A DNA stretch of 64,000 bases, taken from positions 961,353-1,025,352 of the forward strand of contig NW_008246071.1 of NCBI RefSeq assembly GCF_000281045.1, given 5' to 3'. This document shows positions 11,427 to 24,456 of this stretch, one piece after another (position 1 is the first letter of the stretch; each line of letters begins with the position of its first letter). Source of the DNA: Saprolegnia diclina VS20 (lineage: Eukaryota). The notes beneath the pieces were generated by a model. It saw only the letters and a list, made by a program, of their open reading frames with translations. It had not been told where the DNA came from and did no database searches. The translations under genes were made by a program, and so were the position numbers.

Positions 11427-14400
11427 CTAAGTGCTCGCAGAGGGACTTGGGACAGGCATAAAGTACTGCAGCGAGAGCGCATCCGCAAACCGCTTGGCGT
11501 ACATCTTTGGCTCGACGATCGTGGGCGCGTCCTGGCCCGCGATCATCGTGACGCTCTTTCCGACGCTCTCCATGCGCTTGATAAAGTCATAGTGCCGGAG
11601 GTAGTCGATGATACCGACCAGGAGGACGCGGTTGCTCTTGCCAATGTGCACGTTTTCGTTGCCGACGACCGACGCGTCATGGGACAAGTCGACGTCCGGC
11701 ACGTACCCAATCACAAGCGAGTAGTCGATGATGTTGTTGTCGCTCAGGAACGCCACGTCGTGCTTGATGGCCTCGACCAGCTTCTCGTACGCCCGCGGGT
11801 GCAGCGGGCACGGTAGTCCTTGGGTCTGCACGAGGAGGTTGCCGTCGAGGAGGACCGACGAGCTCGGTGGCGCATACCGGTTGCGTGTCGTGCCCTTGAG
11901 GTCAAAGACGGGCGCCACGTCGACGCCGCCAAAGATGTTTTCCATCACGACAATGTGCTCGGTCCATTTGGCCTTGGTGACCGAGTAGACGCCGACAATC
12001 TTGGAGAGGACGCTCGGGACGCTGTCGTAGTACACACGCGCAATGTGCTCGCAGTACGCGACCGCCGATGCGAGAAAGCACTAGCACGCCATAGGTCGTA
12101 TCACGTGGACATGCAGCAAACGTACCTGGAGCTCGGTCTGGGAGATGTACTTGATGACGAAGCGCTTGTCCTGGGTGCGGAAGAAGCTAGCACCCGACTT
12201 GCCGCCCTTGGTTTGCCATGTCGCGCACGACGCGATCGACGCGAGGTAGTCGGCGTGGCGGCCGTAAAAGAGGCTCCGGAGCGCTTCAAACTAGAGGACA
12301 TACGATGGCCAACAGCTTGGCATGACAATGTGCGTACCTGAATCGCATAGTGCACGACGCACGTAAACTCCATCTCGGGCGTGGACGCAAATTTGAGTTT
12401 GAGACTCGTGTCCGTCTTGGACCGCAAGAGCTGCTCGGTCGAGACGTTGTGGAGGTCGTGCAACTTGAGCGCCGCGAGCTCCGTCTCGTACTCGACCGAG
12501 TTGAGCGCGTATGCTGCAAACGAAAACCGCAGATCCTCATAGACGCCAATGACGCGGCCGTGGGCGCCCGGCGGCAGCATCGGCGCCCCCGCGGTCACGA
12601 GCTCGGGCAGCTCCAGCGGATGGTTGCTATGGCGCGGACTGTTGGCTGTGCTCCGGAGCAAAATACTGCCCAGCGTCGACTTCCACGTTGTCGGTGGCGG
12701 CAACGAAAGCGGCAGCGGCGCCTCGAGTAGCGCCTCGACAATCGCTTCGGCTTCGACTTTGGCCACGTCGAGGATCGTTGGCGACGCTGTCGTCGTCGTG
12801 GGCGAGGGCACGGTGCTGCTCGGCGCGCTGCCAGCCCCGAGCTCGTTGGTGAGGATGCGCAATGGGACCTCGTCGACGTGCTGTAGCTTTTGCAACGCGG
12901 CAACCCACTCGGACGCAAGATGGTAAAAGGTCCGGCGCAAGGTGTTGGCGTCCACCTAGACGTGCATCAGACAATGTGTCCACATCACGAACGGTGTACA
13001 ATCGAGTCTTCGTCGTCGTTGTCGGCGGTTGACGAAAACTCACCGTGGGCCATGAGCTGCCGGAGCTGCGCGATGAGCTCCTTCTTGGCTGTCTCGACGC
13101 GGAGCTCGAGACACATGGCCCCGCGGCTCGTCGGCAGGTCGTGGATCTCATTGAGAATGAGCACGATGAAGTCCGCGACCGGCGTGAGAAGCTCTTGTGC
13201 CAGCGACTGCTGCAGGCCAAGGTACCACATTGGGTCGAATGGGACGCAGTTGTCGTGCTGCACATACCACGGTCGCTCTTCTTTGTACTCGACGCGGATC
13301 GCGTGGCGGCCACAGTTGAAGTAGAGTAAATGGTTGGACTGGCCATCGTGGGCGCACTCGCTTGTCTCGTGCGACTGCATCATGCCCTTGACGCTAAAGA
13401 TGATTTCGAGAAATCGGCCAAACGAAAACTGAAGCGCCATCGGCGACAGCATCACAAACGGCGTCACGACCTTGGCGCATTCGCGGCAGTAGCGCCAAAA
13501 CGAAATCTCGGGCTTGGCCTCGTCGACCACCGCGGAGATCTGGAGCCGCTCCTTCTCCGGCAGGTTCTCGACCGCGACCAAGACGGTCCCGTTGCCGCAC
13601 GAGTACGTTTGGATATGGTCGATGAGCGGGACGCGGCAAGTCGCGACTTGGCACTTGGTGCTGGGCGCAATGCAGTCCTGAAAAAGGTATGCGCCAAGGG
13701 CTTTGTCCAGCGGCGAGTAGTAGTCGAGCGCAAACTCGGTCGGCGACGCGCACGGAACGTACTTGGGGCGGTTTGGTACGTCGACCTGCTTGACCATGCC
13801 TTTCACAGCATGCAAGGTGGGGCTTTTCGAGACAGGGACCACCGGGTACATGAGGTCGTTGAGTACATATGCTTGGAGCGAGAGGTCGTACGCCATCGCA
13901 GCGACGTCGACCCAGAGCGCCTTGAGCTGCCGCAGGACGCCTTTATCAGGGCCTTGAAACACGATCGTGCCGCCGGCCTCGACCTCGGAGCCTTCGAGGT
14001 AAATGTACGACTCGCGCTTCCGGCTTGGTTTTTCCTACGACGATGTTAATGGCATGTCAACAACGGGGGAGACTCAGGGCCAGACCTGGTCTTGCACGAG
14101 GTACGTCTCGACGTGGAACGAAGTGCACGCGCGTCCGAGGACGCTAATGTCTTCGGCGACGAGGTTCTCGGTACTCGGGACGATGGTCGCTTTCGTGTGC
14201 CGCGCAATGCGCGCGAGGAGCTCGGGCTTGACGTTGAGGACGAGCGCAATGTTGCTTTCAGCGAGGAGGTCCTGCGCCAGCCGCGAAACGCTCTGGCCTG
14301 TAAACACAATGTGCGGCTGCATGCGCGTGATCTTCTCAACGATGAGCTTCATGTACGTCTTTTCCTGGTCGAGAAGCGTGTCGAGCGAGCTAAGGCGCTC

Positions 14401-16002
14401 GGTCGCGTGGCCAAAGACTATGCCATCGCGCAAAACAAGCACGCGCGGCGACTCGAGGACCTTCGCTGCCTTCTTGTGGCTCACGTTCTTGTGGCACACG
14501 ACGCCTTGCACGAGGCCGCAGCTGTAGCTCTCGCCGCCCGCGATCGTTTTGACGGTAAGGAGGTCCTGGTGGTTGAAGCCGAGGTGCGTGCGAAAGTATG
14601 GCATCTCGACAAACCGCTTGGTCGTCGACGAAATGTGCTGGTTGATGTCGTTGAGCAGCAGCTGGCGGTCGAGCGCCGGCAGCGGAATGGCTTGCATGCG
14701 CTGCAGCAGCAGTGCTTGGAGCTGGCTCGCTGCCACGTCCTACGCCTCGAGTCAGTCGAAGACTCTAGCTCAGGAGAGGAGGGGCACCTGGTGCCGCTCC
14801 AATAGCGATGAGGCGCCTGCATCTTCGCCGATCGGTGGCATGGGCGTCAGCGGCGTGTCCTGGCGCTGGAGGATCGCCAGTGCACCGCGCAGCTCCATGC
14901 TCGGCCGACGGCGAAAGCTTGGCACGGTCGACGTCGGCGCGACGACTGCGGTTGAGGCCGGAACATCGTCGCTGATGGCGTCCGACACGAGCGTGTTGAA
15001 CGTTGTGCCGTTGTGCGTGTCGTAGTCGAAGACTGTGTGGCTCATGGGCATGAGCGGCGACGTCGGCGACGCGGGGTCGAGATCGTAGCCGCTCATTTCA
15101 ACGCCAGTCGACGGGTCGAGCGTCTTGAAGCAGCGTTTGCAGATACGGATATTCTGGTTCGGGTACCCGTGCTCCGAGCCGTCAATCGAGTGCGGACTAC
15201 ACGCGTGGCAGTAGATGAGGCCGCAAAGGCGGCAGTGATGGCGGCGCTTGAAAAGGTTGAACGCTTCGCCACACTCACGACAGACCTACTTGAGTCGCAT
15301 CGTGATCGTCGCAGCGCGCAGGCATACCTTGCAGACATTGTCGGGCATCCAGAACGTCCGGTCGCGCGTCGGCGGCGTCATCAGCGACGCGCGGTCGCCA
15401 AAGACTAAGAGAAGGGTCACGATCAACGACGATCGACAGCGACACGCAAGATGCGATCTCGGGTCGTACGTGGATTCGCCTCGGGCGGCGGCAGCTGCAT
15501 CCCGGCCTAGACGCGTACATGAGCCCACGAAGGACCCTATACGAAGCAGGTACCTTGTCGCTGCTTGCGTTAGGCAGGGGAAAGCTCGTAAACTTCCTAC
15601 AGCAACAAAAAGTCGAGAGGCGGTCGACGCTCGTACGGCGACGTACCGCTTGGGCTCGGCCTCGACGCTGTTGCGGCGCGACCGCGCAGGCGGCCTCGTC
15701 GTCGGGCTCACGGGGTTGGACATGGAGCGGGGCGAGAGGAGGGCTTGGACGACGGCCATCGGCTCCATTGACGACGACGATTCGGCGCTGGCGACTTGCG
15801 CTTTGAGCAGCTCGTTTTTTGGAGCCACCGTATCCGGATGCCCGCGCCTTCCTCGCCGCGACGCGGCTGGCGCTTTATCCGGATGACAGGGCAACATTGC
15901 AGCCTCTTCTCCTTCTTCGTCGAGCCACGTCACAGAAGGTGCACCTTCTAAAGCTCCTTCCAAGCTCGACCTTGCCACGGCCATGGCACCGCCATGAGCC
16001 AT
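11427..16002 (-). CDS. FAB1: 1-phosphatidylinositol-3-phosphate 5-kinase (FYVE, TCP1-like, Cys-rich and PIPK domains); start approximate
   Basis: FYVE FWMPD...RRHHCRLCG; TCP1-like GVVCHKNVSHKK; kinase motifs GGKSGASF, FDLKG, IIDYSL, GIIDYLRHY and PTIVEPKMYAKRF. Confidence 0.92.
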
Positions 16003-16324
16003 GAGAAGTCTTCCAAGCCTTCCAATGGCCTCGTCCAGGAAGCAAGCATCTCGCAGCACTACAGTACGTCGAGCGTCGTCCCACGGCCGGCGCAGGTGCG
16101 CCAGCAGCCGGCGGCGTGATTGCACGGTGCTGTGGCGGGTGGAGCTGGCAGGAATTGCTGGCGGGTGTCGACGGCGCAGATGTTGAAGGCAATCGTCTCT
16201 GCGATCAGACAAAAAGGTACCTGGATCACAACAGGAAGGGTCAAAATCCTGGGTGCAAGCCGCCTGACCCGATGTTCTCTTTCTGCAGCGAGCATCTCTT
16301 GCTACTTGTAGTACACCGGTGTAT

Positions 16325-19300
16325 TTATTTGCTTTTAAACATGAGGCGACCACGGACGACGCCGGTTCGAACCCCGCTGGCGCTCAAGTCGTGCTCGAAG
16401 TGGACCCAATGACCGCGGTTGGCGTGTATAAATGCGTCGTCGAGACTCAGCGTGCACTGTCCGAGCGACCGCGAGTTCGTGTGGACGCTCAGCGCCAAGT
16501 GCATGTGGCGCTTGGCCTGCGCGTAGCAGCGGTGGACGATGCCACGCTGCATTGCGTCCTCGATTGGCACGTGAAACTGGTTGAAATTCCGACGGTGCCG
16601 ACCGACGGGGGCCTTGACGACGCCGTGCTCCCAGCGCGCAGCCAGTTCGTGCAGCTGTGTGCGGACATGAGTACAGTACGAGGTAGACTGTCCTACCTTG
16701 CGCTGCTCGGCAAAGATATCTTCGAGCGGCAAAGGAAAGATTGTCGTCACGCGCTGCGGCTCGTCTAACAAACACATTGTCAACGTCGGCCGTCGTGAGT
16801 GCAGGTACCGCTAACGGCGTCGAGACCGTCGTCGTTGGTGGCGTCGAGAGATGCTCGTTCGTGCGGTGAGATCCACTGCACATGGAGGTCTTGGATCGCG
16901 ATCGTGCAGTCTTTGACGCCATTATAGTCCTAGAAGTAGACCACTAGACAATAGGTTCCATAGTATCCAATGCTAATACCGTCATCCGCGACGGGCGGTG
17001 CGCTTCGCTCAAGAGGGTCACATCGAGCGGGAGTTGAAACGGCGACTCCTTGGTCGCGATGAGGAAGACGCAGCTCACGGGCTTGTGGTCCGACATGTCG
17101 ACGCTCTCGTGCGATTGGTAGCCCGAGCAGCGCAAATTGGGCTATGCGACATGGTGTGAGCCTCCATGCGACGCTGGCGTTGTACTACATACTATCAAAT
17201 CGGGGAGCGAGTGAAATAAAATGCGGTCCGTGTAGGACGGGACACGGACGCCGCCACCATTGGCGACATGCAGCGAGAAGCTGTCGCTGATCTTGGCGGC
17301 CGTCAAGAGCGACGTGCCCCGTATCCTTCGAAAGGTCGGCGGAAACGTGACTGGCGCTTCGGCAAACCCCGCAAATGCCTACGCCACCTGTGCTGTGGTT
17401 GCCACCAAAATTTGTGGAAAATACCAAGCGCTGCTGCAAGACGGCGCGGAGCTCGTCGTGGTCAAGCACATGTGCCCACGCCCCGTCCAGAACAGGAGAC
17501 GACAAGGACGGCAGCTCGTTGGTATTGTCGTCGTCCGTGGCCGTGGTCGACGACGACGGCGGTGGCGATGTGACGTGCTTGGGCCACTTGCGCTGGTGCA
17601 TGGCGCCTTGGACCAGGTCGAGGATCGTCTCGGGCGACGCGTGGAGGCGCGTGAGCCGGTAGTTCAAGTCACCGAGCACGATCGTGTGGTGATGCAATAG
17701 CGGAAAGTCCATCACGTGGTCGTCCGACGAGAGGTGGAGCGACTGCCACACGAGCGCGGCGTCTTCGTTGCGCCGCGCGAGCTGACTCTTGCCCTACACG
17801 CCGCTGCATGACCGACTGCCCGTACATACAACAAGGAAGCACTTTGGCGTCGGACGCGAGGTGGCACGAGACGACCGCGATCGACGTATCGAGAAACCGA
17901 AAAGCGACGCCGACAGCACCTTTATTGGCCGTGCGCATGTGCAGCGTCTTGCCGCAGTTGACCTAGTCCCCTCCGGTGAGTCTCCTTCGCCATGGTCCAA
18001 CGACAACCTCGGGGTTGGTCGGCGACGGGATCGAAAAGTGACCGGCGTCGACGCTGTCTTGCGGCACAAAAATAAAGATACCGATAAAGCCCTACGTCGA
18101 CCGTCAATACGACACGACTGCAGTCGAAAGAGCGCTCTACGTGGTAGCCCAAGGCCGTGTTGGTGCTCCCAATGTCCCGCGTGTAGTCGGCAAACGGCCG
18201 CCGCGCGCTGCGTTCGAGGTACGACTTGATCGCTGCGCGGAGACCGCCGAGGTCCAAGCACTCTTGAATGCCAACCACGTAGAGGTCGTGGCCCACCGCA
18301 ATCCACTGCGACTAGAGCACAGAGTTGAGCACAAGTGGCGGGCAACTCGACACGTCGTCGTACGAGATCGGGCGGCGCGGCGCCTTCGCCCATGTTGAAC
18401 GTCGTCGCAAAGATCGAGAGCATGCGCGACGAGGTGTCTGCGATGGGCTGCGTCGAGCACAAGCTCGTGCGAATGCTCGCCGTGTCGTCCTCAACGTCGT
18501 CGCCGCCGCAGCGCTTTCGGAGCAGCCGAAACGCGCCGCCATAGATCATGGCGTTGAGAAACCCTACCCCGTGTCAAGACCCGCTGCGAATCGACGAGTC
18601 TACCTTGTGAGTTGTTGCAGACAATGTGGAGACCGAGAAGCCATAGCGTTGGCGGGTCATTTGGGCGTTGGTGCCACTCGACGACTAGATATTATTGAGA
18701 CTCAAACGCATGTTTGCGCTCGACGAGGACGTACGCCGGTTGAGAATGCAAGGGCCCCATACAAAGAGGAAGACCGAGACGTACGCCGCGAGCTTGTTGT
18801 AGATGGCCGACACGGACGCTTCGACTTCAGTGTTTTCTTGCCTACACACAGCATGACACCTTGTGCAACCGGGAAAAGGGCACAGCTTGGCGCGGCGCGA
18901 CACTTCGAGGCAGACGAGGAAGCTCGTGAGGACGATAAAGAGCGCGGATGCGCCGACCCACGTGAAGAAGCACGAGAGTCGGAGGTCTTGGTGCGTGTCG
19001 GCGATCCAGCAGTAGAACGTCGCGGGGCCGTACTTGCCGTCAATCCCAAGGTAGAGCGAGACAGCAATGGACGGGAGGAAGCTCAGTGCAAGATAGGCGC
19101 CAAAGCGGCTCCGGAGACGCGCTTCGCTGTCGCCATGGACGACCCAGCAGTACCACGAGTGCGACATACACGAGAGCCACGAGACCGCTATAGGGTAGTG
19201 TCAGAATCAGGACGACGTTGTGCGGCGTCGCACCCGAGATGCCAGCGGCGTTCATGACAAAGCCCTGGACGTTGCAGAGCGTTGGATGGGCGTACGCGTA

Positions 19301-19559
19301 GGTACCAAAGAGCTTGAACGACACGTCCAAGAGGTCGATGACCGACATGACCACGATGAGGCGCGTTGTCATGTCGACAGCGTCGGCGCGCACGGAGGAC
19401 GACCGCGCGACGCTGGTAAAGATGAAGGCGCAGCCAAGGATCGAGAGCGTGCTAAGACGCCGCGTGAGAGGATGACGCCGAGTACGATGCGTACCTCGTC
19501 GTGTAGATGGCCGGCGTGACAAAGTCGTCGAGCCAATGCGTCGGGACGGGCGCCGGCAT
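16325..19559 (-). CDS. GPCR-inositol polyphosphate 5-phosphatase fusion (cAMP-receptor-like 7TM + IPPc + C2-like tail)
   Basis: Hydrophobic exons (LSILGCAFIF, LCNVQGF, FYCWI, FLFVWGP, QGFLNAMIYG) continue in frame into TTFNMG, DLYVVGIQEC, NKGAVG, CHLAS, GDLNYRL, PSYTDRIL and SDHKPV. Confidence 0.88.
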
Positions 19560-19892
19560 GAGTCGTCGTCGGCTTCGTTGCTCTTGCTCCGGCCTTTCCG
19601 TGCGAAAGCGTTACACGCGTGTATGCAGCCGGCGACGACTGGCGCACCAGTAAAAACAGAGGCTGCAGCAGATGGCGCCACGTACAGGTGCTCCTGCGGG
19701 ATCCTCCGCATGGCACTGTACCCTGAGAGTGCATGTGCCGTAGAGGGTACGTTGCCCAGTACCATCGGCGTTCAAGCCCGGTGTGTTGCCCTTTTTGTCT
19801 TCGCTTTCCCAGCAGCGTTGGCACCGGAGCCATCCAGTTGGTCCTTGACGCGCTCGACACATCACCATTTCAACAGGTGCACACAGTACATA

Positions 19893-20904
19893 TTAGAGGG
19901 CACTTTGCTTGTAGACACGGACATAGTCGACATAGAGTCGCTGGGGAAACGTCGACGTCGCGTCCGGATTGCCGGGCCAGTCGCCGCCAACCGCAAAGTT
20001 GAGGATGAGGTAGAACGGTTTGGTCGGAATCAACTGCGCGGGCTTGGTTCGGCACTGCGTCGCGTCGATCTTGAAGTACTGCACACCGTCGACAAACCAC
20101 GCAAGCGACGTCGGCGTCCACTCGACTAAGTATATCCGTTCTGATAGCCACGGTCTTCGTATCCTCTCAAAAAGTCATGTACCCGCATAGATATGAAAGT
20201 CATCATTGAGCGCCAGCGTTTTGGCGCCGCCCGTGACGCCGCAATAGTTGGCGGCCGAGTGCAAATCTCGGTTGCACGCATTGGCAAAATGCAAGTTGCC
20301 TAAGACGCCATTCTTAGTCTTGGGTCTCGCTCGAGAGCAAAGCAGCGACGACGTACCATGGACGGTGTGGGGCATGCGCTTCCCGATATACTCGAGCACG
20401 TCAATCTCGCCGTCCATGGGCCAGCACCGTCCGCCGCGCGGCATCATCCTGTGCACAATATCGTCAGATGGACGCCGAAAGGAGCGAAATACGTAGGTAC
20501 CAGAAGGCGGGCCACATGCCTTGGCCGGACGGAAGTTTGATGCGCGCTTCAAAACGCCCATGCAGTTGCGCAAAGCTGCCTGAAGTGTCCATGCGCCCGG
20601 ACCGATACCGCCGAGCGCCCGCGGACGGTGAGACGTACGGCACGTTGTTGGCTTCGATCACGAGGTTGCCTTTGGACACGGACACTTGGCTCGCGAGGTA
20701 CACTTGGAGCTCGTCGTTGTAGATGCAGTTGTTGGTCGTCGAGCAGTCGTTGAGGATACGCCACTTGGCCCGGTCCAACGAGTTGAATTCGTCGTTAAAG
20801 GTGAGCGTCCACTTGCCTTTGGCGTTGGTCGCGTTCGCTGGCACCATGGGCTGAGTGCCCATCACGAGCGTGGCGGCTGCCAGCAACAGCAATAGTCCGC
20901 GCAT
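19893..20904 (-). CDS. Secreted glycoside hydrolase family 16 (laminarinase/beta-1,3-glucanase-like)
   Basis: Signal peptide MRGLLLLLAAATLVMG, WTLTFNDEF, GRFEARIKLP..GMWPAFW, catalytic GEIDVLE, FYLILNFAVGGDWPG and VDYVRVY. Confidence 0.92.
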
Positions 20905-21447
20905 CGTGCTGTGGTGTTGTCGAGAAAATGCCAACTGCCAAGAGCAACCACCGCCGCAGGGCGAGATCAAGTGCGATGGCGGGCCATTCCAAGAACTAGA
21001 GACTCTGTTGACGCTAAGAAGCATCGACTGTTTTCTTTCCGAGGCTAAGAGCGCACGGCCTCGAAATGGCCACGAGCCAATGTGATTACTATTGGTACAA
21101 GGCTCCCAGTACTGTAGAAGTTTTCATTGAGCGCATCTCAGTACGAGATTGTTAACCCACACTCTTGGCAGGCGGAGAAGTCAACCAACGGCGGCGCGCT
21201 TCAGCGATGGAATGCGAAATACGCGCCGCCAAGATGGTGCAAAGACAATTGAGAGCATGATCTCCTTGGCGCTCCGTTCTCGTCTTTGCATATACTAAAT
21301 GACGTAAGACTATTGTAGGCTAATACTACTATGATAGACGAGTCGCCTGCAGTTGTTAAGGACACGTGGTATCGTCTATCTAAAGGTGCGTCTAGAGCTG
21401 TCCGACCACGGCGTGCACTACAAGGAGATATGTGGCTTCCAGCGCCC

Positions 21448-21600
21448 GGAGCTTGTAGACGCGAACATAGTCGACGAGCATGCGCTGGGGAGCACTGTCG
21501 ACGCGGACGGACTCTCGGGCAACGTGCCGCCCACCGCGAGGCTCAAGATGATGTAGAACGTCTTTTGCAGAATGAAAAACGGCGCCTTGTACGTTCGAGT
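21448..21600 (-). pseudogene. Frameshifted C-terminal remnant of a second GH16 gene
   Basis: FYIILSLAVGGTLPESPSASTVLP, then a 1-nt shift at ~21487-21490 to QRMLVDYVRVYKL; parallels the C-terminus of the intact GH16. Confidence 0.75.
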
Positions 21601-22273
21601 GTCCGTACTGGAAGCGTAAAAGCTGCTCGAGGTCGGACGCCCGAACTTGACGAGCCCAAGCACGGACGACGGCGACCTTCGCCAGCATCTCGATAAGAAG
21701 CGCCAGGGCGAGGAAAGTCCGTGAATGATTTGACGGCGGATGCGGGCTCGCCGCCCATCCCAAACCCATGGTTGGCATCCTTCAAATCCGCGACGAGATC
21801 CGAAATCACCGTCCACCCGTTCATCAGCAGTCGCCGCGCACCGTAACTCCGTTAGCACAGCACTATTATTAGGCTGGATTTGGCCAACCGTCGAGTGGAG
21901 TTCATGCAAAGTAACAGAACATGAAAAGAGATTTTGGGTTCAAAGATGTCGAAGGAGTGGAAACCGAGCGGATTGCACTGTTTTGTATCATATTGGCCAA
22001 GCCAATGCGTATTGATTGACCAATCAGAAGCCTCTGTGCCTTGGCCATTGCAGTGCCGGCGCTGAGCTTGCAATTGTTGCACCAGCCCATGCTTGTATCT
22101 TTTGAATCGCTGTCCATTCTATAAATTTCTGTCGTCAGACGTGCGTTTGTCGGCAATACGCACGCCTGATGACAGAAAGATATAGAATTATATTCCCTCA
22201 GGGCTCATGTACTAGTAACTCGAGTTCTGACCAGAAAACTTTTCTCCCAATTTATCGAAGCATTACCCAATAC

Positions 22274-22374
22274 CAACTGAATGCACTATAAATGCTTCGA
22301 TAATTCGGACAAGACCGAGACAACTGAATGCACTATAAATGCTTCGATAATTCGGACAAGACCGAGACAACTGA
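22274..22374. repeat. Perfect 47-bp tandem duplication (2 copies + 7-nt partial)
   Basis: caactgaatgcactataaatgcttcgataattcggacaagaccgaga at 22274 and 22321, followed by caactga. Confidence 0.95.
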
Positions 22375-22705
22375 GACTTGCAGTTCATCTTTTGTTGTCT
22401 GCCGCAATGGCTACCTTTGGCGACTTTATCAAACTTGCCGATCGGAAGGTGCTCGGCTTGCCCGCTCACTGCCCGTCAAATCAGCCGAGAAATACAAATC
22501 CTCGTCGTATCCCCCCATCACGTGCTGTATGATGTATACTGACACAATCTTAAATTCTGTCTGTATATATATATGCACTGTTCTATGGGATCAGCCGAAG
22601 GCGATTATCTGAGTATTAACTATTTTTAAAATGGCATACAAATTCCGAGTGTGATTTTATAAAAACATGGCTTCCGGTCTTTTCCGGACCTGTGTATATC
22701 ATGGG

Positions 22706-22730
22706 TTCTGACCCACGCAGTGGGTCAGAA
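22706..22730. repeat. Perfect inverted repeat, 11-bp stem with GCA loop
   Basis: TTCTGACCCAC-GCA-GTGGGTCAGAA. Confidence 0.9.
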
Positions 22731-23955
22731 GAAAAACTGTGGCCTTTTTCATTGGTAGACAGGAACCGCAACACCCTTTGATTGGTAGACAGAGAGCGCT
22801 TTTCGCGTGGGTCAAGTGCTTTCCATGCATTTTGGGGACCAAGCTGCTGCGGACTCTCGGAGCTGCAGGGAAACATGGCTGCCAATGCGCATAGACCGAC
22901 GCGCTCCAAGGGAGTGCGCAGTCGTACACAGGTTTGCACGAGAGCGAGGACGTGTTTCTACTAATGTACGAGAGTGATGATGTGGCCATGAAGGCCTTAT
23001 AGATTCAACTGTTGAGCCTAGCGTGTGCTCCATGACTTGGCCGGGAGACTTGTTGCAGCACAACCGTGCAGTACGAGGCATCACAGAGTCGTGTAGCATT
23101 CTCTACGATGAGGACACGCATGGTGGTTTCTACGCCTCGTTGGCATGAGGTGTGGAGGACTGTAGAGGCTTGTGCGCAACCCGTACAACAGAAACAGCGA
23201 CGCAAGGGGACAGAGCCACCCTAAAGCCCTTTAAGGAGGAATGATTTGTATTTGGCTACGCTTCCAAGGCGTCTCGGAGCTAAGAATGTGAAGGCTAGCG
23301 CAATGGATTTAGAATTATCTGGCGCCTGAGGCTTCGGCAAGACAGAGAGAAGGTCAGAGTCATTGTGTGATGTGCGAGGCCCAGTGGCCTGAGCAAGCGC
23401 TTGCAGTAAGAAGCAAGTTGGGCTTTGACTGCTATTGCCGCACGATGGGGCAGTAGTATGTATGTATCGTGGTCCGTCAAGGCCTCCCGTAGCTTCGTGC
23501 AAGCATTTGGCGTGTTGAGATTGATAGAGTCATGGATGCTCCATGCGCGCATGCGGCTCATAGCTGTGGCATATCATTACGTGTGATACCATTGCGCAAT
23601 CATTTTTTGAACCATTCACACACGGTACAAGTGCGGCTTGATCTCTCGTATCCAATGCCCCGCGACAGCGCGACAGTGGCCGACGTTCCCGCCCTATCCA
23701 GCCTCCTGCCCATTACCGAGTCGCCCCCTCCAATTCTGTTTCTCTTTCTCGTGAACAAAGAACAAGGGGTCATATAATACAAGGACGCGGGGAGACAATA
23801 GTTAGACTATCTACGGGGAATATAGTGTGCTTAGGTCTCTACGATCGTCGTCGAGGATTCGAGGCGGGACAAAGTGATGTGCGGCCGGTCTCGAGATGGA
23901 CGACGGGCAGGGCTTGGTGTCGATAAGGTACGGTATCGACGTGACGTGGTGTCGT

Positions 23956-24078
23956 GACGGAGCGCGGTGTCGACGGAGCGCGGTGTAGACGGAAAATGGT
24001 GTCCGAGCGGCGCCCTGTCGAGATGAGAGGCCGCGCTGAGCGCCGTCGAGACGAGAGGCCGCGCTGAGCGCCGTCGAG
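23956..24078. repeat. Two short GC-rich tandem duplications
   Basis: gacggagcgcggtgt x2 and gagaggccgcgctgagcgccgtcgag x2. Confidence 0.8.
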
Positions 24079-24275
24079 GAGGTAGAGATGCGCAGAAGGA
24101 GCAGAGACCCTTCGTCAGGCACTTGGTGGGATCGTCCGCCTACATGTCGCCGTGGTCTGACCTCCTTGTGGCTTGGCAACAACGAAGCAAAAAGCAAAGT
24201 CATTCGTAGCCAGTGAAACTTTACCTTCCGTATATGAACACCTCTTACATATGAACACCTTGGTGTGTTCAATGC

Positions 24276-24456
24276 GTCTCCGTGACGAGACACAGTATGC
24301 ATCACTCTCCGTAGGGAGATCTTCGCTCTCCGTACCGAGACACCATGATCTCTGTGTCGAGACATCTGTTGGCACCTTATCTCCGTATGGAGACATAAGA
24401 TCTCCATGAGTCTCCATACCGAGACACAATGTTTGCATCCATCTCGATACGGAGAT
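24276..24456. repeat. Palindrome cluster 1: seven 16-bp [G/A/C]TCTC-N6-GAGA[C/T] units
   Basis: Units start at 24276, 24305, 24326, 24348, 24379, 24410 and 24441 (spacings 29, 21, 22, 31, 31, 31). Confidence 0.9.

Noticed and set aside
15286..16353. Single fusion of the 5-phosphatase with FAB1
   Set aside because: The phosphatase frame ends in a stop at 16325 and no splice path bridging the two could be supported.
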